Positions 1 through 8,698 of a DNA stretch of 64,000 bases are shown here, in pieces. The notes below the pieces were generated by a model that saw nothing but the letters and a program-made list of their open reading frames with translations, made no database searches and was not told the DNA's origin. Source of the stretch: a bacterium. GTDB lineage: Bacteria > Hinthialibacterota > Hinthialibacteria > Hinthialibacterales > Hinthialibacteraceae. The position numbers and the translations under genes are program-made. The stretch spans positions 1,216,001 through 1,280,000 of the forward strand of contig CAXXMV010000008.1 of the NCBI GenBank assembly GCA_963662285.2, written 5' to 3'. Positions within the stretch are counted from its first letter, which is position 1. Every line of letters begins with the position of its first letter.

Positions 1-179
1 GGTGAATCGAGTGATTTGGTGAAGGATTCATAAAAATCATGGAAATGACGGTTTAATTCGCGGGTAACAACATATTCAGAAAGTTCCTGTTGGATTTCAT
101 CTTCTTGTTCCTGACCAATAGTGATTACCCCCTTGATATCCCGATCTATAGGTTTGGTGAACATGTCGATGATTTTCAT
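1..179 (-). CDS. brxC: BREX P-loop ATPase BrxC, N-terminus (runs off window)
   Basis: Manual translation from ATG at 179 (GGAG RBS): MKIIDMFTKPIDRDIKGVITIGQEQEDEIQQELSEYVVTREL, a typical BrxC N-terminus; directly follows brxB. Confidence 0.85.
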   Translation of the reverse strand, partial: MKIIDMFTKPIDRDIKGVITIGQEQEDEIQQELSEYVVTRELNRHFHDFYESFTKSLDS

Positions 180-191
180 GTTGTTTCTCCA

Positions 192-758
192 TTATTCAAT
201 TAATTTGAAAGCACGGTAGTAATTATCATCTTTGAATAGACCAAACAATTTCAATTTACGCTGGTCGTATTCACCTGGAAAGAACATCAATAATGGCTGT
301 TTCTTAATGACACTATGAAGATTGTTCAAAACTGTATGGGATCTTAGAAGAGGATATGATCTCCCAACGCCAGTTAAGAAAATAAGTTGAACATCATCTG
401 TTATCTGCTTATTTATACTTTTGATAAACGCATCCGGCTTTAAAATCGGTTCAAGCCGTTTTGGGATATTTTCAAATCCAACTTTTTTTTCATCGAGCGA
501 TATTTTATCAAAAACATTCCTATTTCCAAGAATCTTCAGAATAATCGAGTACAAGTTGATTTCTATTGTTTTTATGTTAATAGACGGGCTATTAAGTTTG
601 GTAATCAAGAATTCTGTATGATCTCGAACAAACAATTCATCTTTAGGATCATAATCAAAAATATGAAAACCAATTTCATTCCCTAATCCCTTGTTCTTCA
701 AAAAGACAAGATCTGTAATTTTGGGAATAATTAAGTCAAGTTTTTCATGAATATCCAT
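192..758 (-). CDS. brxB: BREX protein BrxB (DUF1788)
   Basis: GLGNEIGFHIFDYDP, LRSHTVLNNLH, FFPGEY and DDNYYRAF motifs; lies between brxA and brxC. Confidence 0.9.
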   Translation of the reverse strand: MDIHEKLDLIIPKITDLVFLKNKGLGNEIGFHIFDYDPKDELFVRDHTEFLITKLNSPSINIKTIEINLYSIILKILGNRNVFDKISLDEKKVGFENIPKRLEPILKPDAFIKSINKQITDDVQLIFLTGVGRSYPLLRSHTVLNNLHSVIKKQPLLMFFPGEYDQRKLKLFGLFKDDNYYRAFKLIE

Positions 759-768
759 ACCGGAATCC

Positions 769-1362
769 CTATCCTGCTATGCATTCAATCAATTCTTTAT
801 TAAAGGAAAGCAAAAGTTTCCCTTTAAAATCAACAGAAATAAATAATTTTTGAAGCGTTTTACTCTTTCGATCATTAATTAAGCCTGATTGATACAGTAT
901 TTGAACATAGACTTGGATCAATTTTTTAATTGTCTTTTCTGTCCAACCTTTTACCTCACGTATTGTTTCTTGTTTATATTCAAAGAAATCCTCAATATCC
1001 TTAAGAGTAAGTTGCTGTTTATGTGAAGTCAAACGACATGCGATTGTTTCAACAACAAATTCCTTAAAAAGCCGATCTGATGAAGCAATTGCCAAAAGAT
1101 TTGTTATTTTGGCTTCATTGACTGAACCTGAAGCAAGACAATCAACAAGGGATTTATCCAGTACACTTATTCTCTTATGGATTGCATTGAACCGCTTGGG
1201 AACACTTTTGGTACTGCTATATTGAAACAGGTTAGATTCAATAATTTTATTCATTGCTACTTTTGGATCATTGGTATCTTTCATCAACAGAGCGACTTGT
1301 CTCGTTTCAAATAACAAAAACGGATTACCCGTTAAAGTTGCAGAATAATTACGATCAATCAT
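769..1362 (-). CDS. brxA: BREX protein BrxA (DUF1819)
   Basis: YSATLTG..FLLFETR, NLFQY and WTEKTIKKL motifs; first gene of brxABC. Confidence 0.88.
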   Translation of the reverse strand: MIDRNYSATLTGNPFLLFETRQVALLMKDTNDPKVAMNKIIESNLFQYSSTKSVPKRFNAIHKRISVLDKSLVDCLASGSVNEAKITNLLAIASSDRLFKEFVVETIACRLTSHKQQLTLKDIEDFFEYKQETIREVKGWTEKTIKKLIQVYVQILYQSGLINDRKSKTLQKLFISVDFKGKLLLSFNKELIECIAG

Positions 1363-1395
1363 TATAATGAAAATTTCCCCAAATGTTCTTATATT

Positions 1396-1595
1396 CTATT
1401 TTTCGTATGGATTAGATTTATCAGCGGCTTCACCTGCTTTCACCCATTCATCAACTTCGGTTTTTTTAAACTTCCAAAGTCGTCCCATACGATGGGCAGG
1501 TATTTTTTTTCTGAAATCCAGCGATAGACCGTATCGCACTTAATTCCGAGGTGAGACGCAATTTCATCCACAGAAAGCCAACGATCACTTGACAC
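1396..1595 (-). pseudogene. Excisionase-like HTH_17 regulator, frameshifted at an A8 run
   Basis: GTG at 1595 with GGAG RBS gives MSSDRWLSVDEIASHLGIKCDTVYRWISEKK; one extra A in the run (T8 at 1503-1510) continues IPAHRMGRLWKFKKTEVDEWVKAG...* (66 aa). Not in the ORF track. Confidence 0.8.
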
Positions 1596-1690
1596 AGACT
1601 TACTCCAAAACAAATAGAAATAAAACTGATCTGATTAAAAATGCAATAGATGATAAAAATCCTATTATAATCTTTAGGCAATGTCTACTG

Positions 1691-1720
1691 GTTTAACCAA
1701 GTTTAACCAAGTTTAACCTA
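1691..1720. repeat. 3x 10-bp tandem direct repeat GTTTAACC(A/T)A, likely operator
   Basis: gtttaaccaa gtttaaccaa gtttaaccta, about 100 bp upstream of the HTH/BREX operon. Confidence 0.75.
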
Positions 1721-2256
1721 TATTCTGCCAGTAATTCTGATCGAAGCGGTCGCATTTAATTTCGATTAAATACTCTAATTTAGAGTTTATGTCGTAGAGA
1801 ATAATCTTTGCCTACCTTGTGTCTTCCAACAGAATATCAATATCATCAAAACCATCTGAATTTATTCTCTTGGATCCTTTGTAAAAATGACATATCGACT
1901 CAGCATGGATAGGCTAAAACTCCCTATCATTTAGTATAAGGATTGCGGGCGAAGCCAAGAGCGGATGTGTTTCAGTGAGCCAGTTAACGGTCCAAGAGAT
2001 ATGGAATTGTTGGGCTCATGCGTCATCCGCGTTTTGCAATAATTCCTTAATAATTGAGGCTGAATCGTTATGACCTCGCAAAATCCCTCGAATCTGCTGA
2101 ACTATATTTGCATGCAATTGCCTCATGGCACAAAACCTAGAACAATTGGTTTAACGATCGCCTTAGCATAATGGTTGATAATGTGCACACTCCCTTGTGT
2201 TAATCTAATTCACAGTTTTAGATAGCTAAAGATCACAATAAGTAGTTTAGTTATCT

Positions 2257-2574
2257 TTATACTCGTTTCTGCAGCCCCAACATAATCGACCATACCCCGA
2301 TACAGGCGCCGTGATACCTTTTATTCTCATAGGGAATCGAATTCTTGAAGTTGATGTAATCCATATTTTCAATATATTTAGTAAGATTTTGCGTAACATC
2401 GGATGTCGAAACAAAAGCCCGGTAACGGTAATCGGCGGCTTCATCTTCAAATACGTCTGCGTCCGGGAATAACTCTTCAATATCGCCCTTACAGCGCGCT
2501 CGGACTATGCGGTGGTCAGGATCGTTCTTGTCGACGACAATGGATATGAATGATTTACTGGTGAATAACCACAT
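2257..2574 (-). CDS. Conserved-looking hypothetical protein (VRAR..GDI / DYRYRA / DYxNFK motifs)
   Basis: 105 aa ORF with GGAGGA RBS; last gene of the minus-strand run. Confidence 0.75.
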   Translation of the reverse strand: MWLFTSKSFISIVVDKNDPDHRIVRARCKGDIEELFPDADVFEDEAADYRYRAFVSTSDVTQNLTKYIENMDYINFKNSIPYENKRYHGACIGVWSIMLGLQKRV

Positions 2575-2595
2575 GAGATGTGTTCCTCCTGGTTG

Positions 2596-3280
2596 TTATT
2601 TCATTCTAGTCGTTTTCGCTTTTTGGATTGTTTTCTGTTTTGTTTCGATGAAAGTGAATTCATACAATTCATCTTCTAAATTTACAATTAAATCCACTTG
2701 ATTTGATTCATTCTTTTCGGGGCATTTGGTGTTTTCGATTACGACGATTCCCCCAAACGTTGTATCCGGTTGAACTGTGGTTTTTTGTAGAATTGCGGCG
2801 TCGAGATCGGAGATCGTTTCCTTGTACCTGGATGCAACCTGCGCCATTTCAGCATTGGTCTGAGTTTGAGCCTGCATTAGTGGCGTTCAACGATCTCGCC
2901 GCTCCACTCAGCCCCACGCAGAACATCATGAGGGCGTATTGTTGCCGAGCGATACGTTCCAATTCTTCATAGGTATAGACTTTGAGATCGTCTCCATTTA
3001 CTTTGGCCGTAATGTTTTCTGTGGAGAAATTGATCGGCTTGTCCGTTTTGTTGGATAAGGAGATCAAAAATTCTGGTTTTACCGAAGAATCCCTCACCCG
3101 GTTGCATAATCCCACGGAAAGGATATTGCTTTTCTGGGAAACGATATGTTCCGCCCCTTTCACATATACGATTTCCTGGTCCGGAGACGGTTGGGGAACC
3201 ATGACGACCATTGTGGCGCAACCTTGCATAAACTGAAAACAGCATCCGGTTAGAAACAAGGATAGTGTGGAATATCTCAT
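2596..3280 (-). pseudogene. Putative lipoprotein split into two overlapping frames
   Basis: 2849..3280 has a signal/lipobox-like MQGC; 2596..2877 continues in another frame with no obvious RBS, suggesting one frameshifted gene. Confidence 0.55.
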
Positions 3281-3355
3281 TGCATTTCTCCTTCAAATTA
3301 TGAAATAATCATCAGATTTATATAAAGATACGATTGAATAAGCGCTTCTAGATGA

Positions 3356-4840
3356 TTACTCCACGCTGAACGCCGACAGGTGACAGAGCGAGTCAGAGTA
3401 CCATACCCCGACGCCGGTGCAGCTTTCGTCCTTGATGGTTAGTTCGTTTCCCAGGCCGATGGATGGATCGCATATTTCAATGGAGTTTTGGATGCGCTCC
3501 AGAAACTCTTGCGCCGTTCTTTGGGGGCATACCGGTATGTCGGATTGATGGATCGAATCCATAAAATAGGAGTCGGAGAGGCGCTCCCAGCATTGATGGA
3601 AACTTGCGGAATGATCAAAACAGTCCATCCCGATAATGTGGTTTCCGCTGCCGACAACGACGCCTACTGCAGCCTCAGGCAAAACGAAGCGGTCTTTGTA
3701 TTCTCGAATTCGTTCGCTTGACTTCTGATAGGCATCGGTGATCGATTCGGTATTGGAACATGCCTGGTGTTCCTTTAGATTCATGGACACCTCTTCCCAC
3801 ACCGCACCCTGATCGCTATAAGCGGCTCCAGAACTTGCCCGGCATTCTTGAACGCTCTGCAACTTGCGGCTGCGCAGTTTGGGATGGGCGTAATGATCGG
3901 ACTTGAAATCCTTCGTGGTAAACCGCCAGCGGCCCCGCTCCACACAACTGACCGGAATTCGTAAGGTAATATGGGCCGCCACAAGGATGCTGATATTCAC
4001 CACCCGGTTCTGTTTCGCCCCCACTAGGATTTCTCCTTCCGGGATCAGGATGGGTTTATCGTTCTGATTGTGGATCATCAATTCGTTGACCTGTCCCTGT
4101 TGAGAGACCTCCTCGACAATTGCTGTTTTCGAGTCAATCGCATTCTTTAACAGAATGTAATCGGCGTGAGTCAGATTGCTGGATACGATGGGGAAAACGG
4201 TCAGGTTGCAGTAATAGACGCCTTCCTGAATTTGTAATCCCGTCATAGCGGATCGTATTTTATTCTCGATGTTCTTGCCCTGATCGTTTCGAATCGTATC
4301 GGCTTTTGATTCGAAAAGATTTAAGATCAGATGCGTCTCCGGGGTGACATCTCTTTGCAGAACATGACGAAGACGGCGCTGCAGACCGGTAATGACGGAG
4401 GCGTTCTGGAATCCCTCCAGATTCTCATAGAGAATGCGCATGGATTCCTGCAGGGCTTCGACGTCGCTAGTTGGTTTTGCTTGGGATTCGAAGATCGATG
4501 CCCCCTTATCCGCCAGAAAGACCTTCAGGTTTAGTGAGAATCCATGCATGCGGTCGCCGCGTTGGTTTGCGTTCTGGGTGGGAATATAGCCGTCGATGAA
4601 AACCTTTCCCCGGTCGATGAGTGGAGCCAACCAGACGCACGTTCGGCGCTCGACAAACCCCACATCCTCGAAATCTAGATTCTTGACGCAGATAGCATTC
4701 AGATCGTGAGAATTTTCGGAATCTCGTTCCAGGTAGACCTTCTCGCCGGGCAACAGACGCCCATGTACGTACTGCATGCCGGAAAGCCTTGTTTTGATTT
4801 CGCCAATACATTTTTCCTGCGCTTTATTTGATACGTTCAT
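3356..4840 (-). CDS. HIRAN domain fused to an ARPP-1 (DUF6569)-like domain
   Basis: N-term GMQY..LERDSENSHDLNAICV..VGFV (HIRAN); C-term NLTVFP..GEILVGAKQNRVVN..IPVSCVERGRW..DQGAVW (ARPP-1). Start at 4840 chosen from GGAGG RBS. Confidence 0.8.
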   Translation of the reverse strand: MNVSNKAQEKCIGEIKTRLSGMQYVHGRLLPGEKVYLERDSENSHDLNAICVKNLDFEDVGFVERRTCVWLAPLIDRGKVFIDGYIPTQNANQRGDRMHGFSLNLKVFLADKGASIFESQAKPTSDVEALQESMRILYENLEGFQNASVITGLQRRLRHVLQRDVTPETHLILNLFESKADTIRNDQGKNIENKIRSAMTGLQIQEGVYYCNLTVFPIVSSNLTHADYILLKNAIDSKTAIVEEVSQQGQVNELMIHNQNDKPILIPEGEILVGAKQNRVVNISILVAAHITLRIPVSCVERGRWRFTTKDFKSDHYAHPKLRSRKLQSVQECRASSGAAYSDQGAVWEEVSMNLKEHQACSNTESITDAYQKSSERIREYKDRFVLPEAAVGVVVGSGNHIIGMDCFDHSASFHQCWERLSDSYFMDSIHQSDIPVCPQRTAQEFLERIQNSIEICDPSIGLGNELTIKDESCTGVGVWYSDSLCHLSAFSVE

Positions 4841-4900
4841 TCTGTTCCTCCATTTTCGGTTGATCCGCATTCGTATATGCATTCTTCTTCAAGACGCTTG

Positions 4901-5278
4901 TCAGGCGACACACGCTTCCTGGATTTGCCATAAGATATTGGATTCGTTGCGGTGATTTTGTGTGTAGGTGGTAATCCACTCGTATTCCCCGAATCGGTCT
5001 CCTCTGGCTATGACGGCGATCAATTCACAACCGGGGAACGATAATTCGAAATACCATGTGGCTACTCCGGCCTGTTTGCGCTGTTGGTAGGCAGGACGAT
5101 ATCCCCGCACCCACATTTCCGAATATGTCAATTGGGTACTCCGGCAGAAACAATCAAAAGCGACTTCAAGTTCCATGGTTTTACCTGTGAACTTTTCAAT
5201 CCGCTCCAACGCATGGTCTTTGATGGAAAAGAATCCCACCTTGCTGATCCGTAAAAACCTTTCACCATTGATCGCCAT
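4901..5278 (-). CDS. Hypothetical protein, DUF4258/RelE-fold-like
   Basis: AAGGAGG RBS before ATG 5278; DHALER and terminal WITTY motifs resemble DUF4258-type proteins (weak). Confidence 0.55.
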   Translation of the reverse strand: MAINGERFLRISKVGFFSIKDHALERIEKFTGKTMELEVAFDCFCRSTQLTYSEMWVRGYRPAYQQRKQAGVATWYFELSFPGCELIAVIARGDRFGEYEWITTYTQNHRNESNILWQIQEACVA

Positions 5279-5316
5279 GATTCCATTCCTCCTTCGTTCG
5301 ATCTTCACTGAACAAA

Positions 5317-5333
5317 AGCAAGAGGAGTGCCAA
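5317..5333 (-). promoter_or_regulatory. sigma54 -24/-12 promoter
   Basis: TTGGCACTCCTCTTGCT matches YTGGCAC-N5-TTGCW (GG-N10-GC), about 40 bp upstream of ATG 5278. Confidence 0.85.
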
Positions 5334-5446
5334 CATATTAAATTGATGAGAGATATACTTATGACAGGCTTGAAAATATGAAGTTAGGAAGAGAGTATAG
5401 GAAGATGTGTAATATTTAAATCATCTTATAAAATCGAGTGAATAGG

Positions 5447-5477
5447 TCATTTTTTGAGTGATATAATCAAATAATGA
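5447..5477. promoter_or_regulatory. Putative enhancer (UAS): two TCA-N5-TGA palindromes 20 bp apart
   Basis: TCATTTTTTGA (5447-5457) and TCAAATAATGA (5467-5477), upstream of the sigma54 promoter. Confidence 0.5.
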
Positions 5478-5621
5478 ATAATTGGAATAAGGAATTATTC
5501 TGATTCCGTGACTGCTGACAAACCAGATTTTCACCCTCTGAATTTAGTTTATTTCTAAAAGAATGCTTGATTAGATTCATCCATAAAGGGAAAATTGTTA
5601 AAAAGAGATTGAGCAAGCAAT

Positions 5622-6638
5622 ATGAAATGGTTCGCATCCTTTTTCATACCATCTACAGACTGGATACAGATCGAGATTAGCACGGTCTGCAACGCCGCCT
5701 GTATTTATTGTCCCCGCACGACACATCTTGACCACTGGCAGAATCGGTTTATGACTCGTGAGACATTCCAGAAAATTGTACCCGCCTTATCAAAATCCAA
5801 TATGGCCTACCTGCAGGGATGGGGCGAGCCCTTTCTTCATCCCGACATTTTTAAATTCATCTCACTTGCGAAACAGGCGAGGTGTTTGGTTGGAACGACC
5901 ACCAATGCCATGTCGCTCGACAGTGATAAAATCTATCGCTTGGTTGAATTGGGCGTCGATATCATTGCGTTCTCACTAGCGGGCGCCAGCGAAAAGAACG
6001 ATGTATTTCGCAAGGGAACGCAGTTGAACAAAGTTCTTGAAGCCATTAAGTGTCTCGATCGGATTAAACATGAGATGGGCGCTTCTCGACCCTCTATCCA
6101 TATTGCTTATATGCTGCTTCGCTCCGGTCTAGAAGATATTGATGATTTACCATCCCTTCTATCCGGCTTGAATATTGATCAGGTCGTTATCACCACCTTG
6201 CCTTATGCGCCCTCACCCGAAATGGAAGAAGAAATGCTATGCGCGTTGCAACCCGTTGAACGTCAAGAACTAAAAACACGATTACAAGCCATCGCCGAAA
6301 AAGCAAAACGGATGGGCGTTCCAATTAATTATTATTTGAGGGATTCAGATAACAGCGTTTCGGTATGTACGGAAAACATCGAAAAGGCGCTCTTCATTTC
6401 CGTAAACGGAGAGGTCTCCCCGTGCGTGTTTACGAGGATGCCACTAAATAATCCCCTCAAGAAACCGGAGGATGAGAAGCATACTCGCCAACAGATCGTA
6501 TTCGGCGATATAAATCGCCAATCATTCAAAGAAATCTGGAATCAGAAAGACTATCGTGATTTTAGAAATTCCTGTTCATCCGGACAATTATCCCAATCCT
6601 GCCGCCATTGTCCCAAACGGCATGAAATACTCTTCTGA
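5622..6638 (+). CDS. Radical SAM / SPASM(Twitch) domain protein
   Basis: CNAACIYC (CxxxCxxC), QGWGEPFLHP, C-terminal GEVSPC...CRHCP. Confidence 0.9.
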   Translation: MKWFASFFIPSTDWIQIEISTVCNAACIYCPRTTHLDHWQNRFMTRETFQKIVPALSKSNMAYLQGWGEPFLHPDIFKFISLAKQARCLVGTTTNAMSLDSDKIYRLVELGVDIIAFSLAGASEKNDVFRKGTQLNKVLEAIKCLDRIKHEMGASRPSIHIAYMLLRSGLEDIDDLPSLLSGLNIDQVVITTLPYAPSPEMEEEMLCALQPVERQELKTRLQAIAEKAKRMGVPINYYLRDSDNSVSVCTENIEKALFISVNGEVSPCVFTRMPLNNPLKKPEDEKHTRQQIVFGDINRQSFKEIWNQKDYRDFRNSCSSGQLSQSCRHCPKRHEILF

Positions 6639-6879
6639 TTTTTTCCTTATACTTGTTCACTTTGGGCTTCTATCACCGGAATTCAGCGATGATGGCAATG
6701 TCTATAGAAGATGAGTCGGCAAAAAGTGGATGAAAGACGAAACCCACACTATATCTTGTATATAAGTCTTATGGATACCCACTAAGTATTGTGGTCATAA
6801 AAACATTTTTTGACTTTTTACCGTTTCGTCATAAAAGATTAATCCAGTCATTTATTGAACATCATTGCATGCAGTAGAT

Positions 6880-8451
6880 TTATTCTTCAGATACCCATTT
6901 TCGCAAAGTATTAACAGCTACGACCAAAGCCTGCGCCGCTTGAGACCAGTTTCCTTCGTAGAGTTTCAGGACATGCTTCATATAGGAGATTTGAATTTCG
7001 GATGCAGGCAATACCTCAGTACAGTCTTTGGGGCGAAACATGAGCAGGTCTTTAGCCGTTCCCAGATCGCGAACGTGGCCGTATTCCGTATCGACTCGCA
7101 TTTCTTCCTTTACGACTTCACCAAAGGGCTTTTTCAGATAAACAGCCCGCTTGAGCAAGTTGATGAACTGGCGGATGTTTCCCGGCCAGTCGTATCCGTA
7201 AGCGGTCAGCCAATCCTCTTTTGTTAGAGAGTAGGAGTACTTCTTTTTCTTCATCTCATAGAGAAGATTGTTGGCGATTGATTTCATATCATCGAGTCGA
7301 TCCCTGAGTGGAGGGACGTAAATTTGCAGGACGTTTAACCGGTAATAAAGATCAGAACGGAAACGTCCTTCTCGAATCAAAGCGGGAATATTCTGATTGG
7401 TGGCGGCTATGATCCTCACATCTACGGATTTCGATCCCATAGTGCCGAGCGGTGTGATAGTCCCCTCCTCCAAAACGCGCAGCAATTGCGTTTGAACCGA
7501 CATCGGGAGTTCGGCGATTTCATCCAAAAATAGAGTTCCCCCATCGGCTTTTTCAAAAGCGCCCTCTTGATTGGTATTGGCTCCTGTATATGCCCCAGCA
7601 ACATGACCGAACAACCGGTCGTGAGCCAAATCGGAACTTGCGCTTAACATAGCGCAATTCACCGGGACAAATGGACCGCTGCGCTTACTGGCTTCATGCA
7701 GATTCCAGGCCACGAGTTCCTTCCCCGACCCGGTAGGACCCAGAATGAGAACCGGCTCGTCAATGGGGCCGATCTTCTGCACCAGCGACCGCAGGTGTTT
7801 CATAAGTTTGCTTTCACCCAAGGGAACGGTGTGTGATCCGTAAAGGCGGTAGGCATCCACTTCTTTATAATCAGATTCGGTAAGGGGAACGATCCCCGCC
7901 AGTTTCTGGATGGCCTGGATATAACTCGAACGGTCGCCGTATTTGAAATAACGGGCCGCGCTCGCCCGGATCAGGTCGTGCCAAAATTGTTCTTCTTTGG
8001 AAGGTTTCTTTTTGTCGGAAACGAACTGATAGGAAAGGATCAGGAGAAATTTTGATTGATCGTTCAGAGAGATGTTATGAAAAATCTGGATGATATCGGT
8101 ATTGCTTCTGGCTTTCTGGAAAACCGGCTTGCAAACATCTCCTAGCGCCTCTTCATACTCATTCAGATATTCCCTCCCACAGTACCATAGAACGGTCCGT
8201 TTTTTTCGAGTCAGTTGAGTAACCCTTTCGAGAACCTCACCGATGGATTCGTTCACGCCGACGCCGCAGATATGGATTACATCGGGTATCTGGGATTGTC
8301 CCTGAATCCCTTCCAGTGAAGTAGCGATCCGCCGGGCGCTGGTAATAACAATATTGGCTTTCGGATGGATCTGCAAAAGCATAGCCGCCGAACAAGCTCC
8401 ATCCATTCCATGTGTGGTCAATATACAGTGATGTTGTTCGCGAGTCGCCAT
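6880..8451 (-). CDS. sigma54-dependent enhancer-binding protein with a degenerate DHH-like N-terminal domain
   Basis: Walker A GPTGSGKE, GAYTGA loop, Walker B LFLDEI, FRSDLYYRL, WPGNIRQ, C-terminal Fis-type HTH; N-term THGMDGACSA resembles DHH motif I. ATG 8451 has a GAGAGG RBS (ORF track start 8514). Confidence 0.9.
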   Translation of the reverse strand: MATREQHHCILTTHGMDGACSAAMLLQIHPKANIVITSARRIATSLEGIQGQSQIPDVIHICGVGVNESIGEVLERVTQLTRKKRTVLWYCGREYLNEYEEALGDVCKPVFQKARSNTDIIQIFHNISLNDQSKFLLILSYQFVSDKKKPSKEEQFWHDLIRASAARYFKYGDRSSYIQAIQKLAGIVPLTESDYKEVDAYRLYGSHTVPLGESKLMKHLRSLVQKIGPIDEPVLILGPTGSGKELVAWNLHEASKRSGPFVPVNCAMLSASSDLAHDRLFGHVAGAYTGANTNQEGAFEKADGGTLFLDEIAELPMSVQTQLLRVLEEGTITPLGTMGSKSVDVRIIAATNQNIPALIREGRFRSDLYYRLNVLQIYVPPLRDRLDDMKSIANNLLYEMKKKKYSYSLTKEDWLTAYGYDWPGNIRQFINLLKRAVYLKKPFGEVVKEEMRVDTEYGHVRDLGTAKDLLMFRPKDCTEVLPASEIQISYMKHVLKLYEGNWSQAAQALVVAVNTLRKWVSEE

Positions 8452-8471
8452 GAGAAACCTCTCAACGTAAA

Positions 8472-8502
8472 GCACATTTTGATCGTTTGCATCAATTATT
8501 GA
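8472..8502. promoter_or_regulatory. Putative enhancer (UAS): two (T/G)CA-N5-TGA boxes 20 bp apart
   Basis: GCACATTTTGA (8472-8482) and TCAATTATTGA (8492-8502); same geometry as 5447-5477. Confidence 0.45.
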
Positions 8503-8646
8503 TAACTCTATCATGGCATCAATAGAAACAATACACTTCCTCTACTATGATTCAGTAAAATAAATATCACTTCAACAATCAGAATTTCCTATAGATAAGC
8601 AATACGATCTCTTCCCTTTGTTCCTTTTTATTTTGTAGCGTATTAT

Positions 8647-8663
8647 CTGGTATGCCCTTTGCA
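8647..8663 (+). promoter_or_regulatory. sigma54 -24/-12 promoter upstream of the addB-like gene
   Basis: CTGGTATGCCCTTTGCA, GG-N10-GC, about 35 bp before ATG 8699. Confidence 0.7.
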
Positions 8664-8698
8664 AGAAGTGATTGCAACTTTATTGAACGGAATGAGAC

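Noticed and set aside
1466-1681. 71-aa ORF from the track
   Set aside because: Alternative frame over the frameshifted HTH gene, which has the RBS and recognisable motifs
2126-2142. TGGCAC as a third sigma54 promoter
   Set aside because: No GC at the -12 position (GG-N10-AG) and no plus-strand gene downstream
2161-2188. dif-like sequence (GCATAATGGTTGATAATGTG)
   Set aside because: The XerD arm is out of register and a poor match to TTATGTTAAAT
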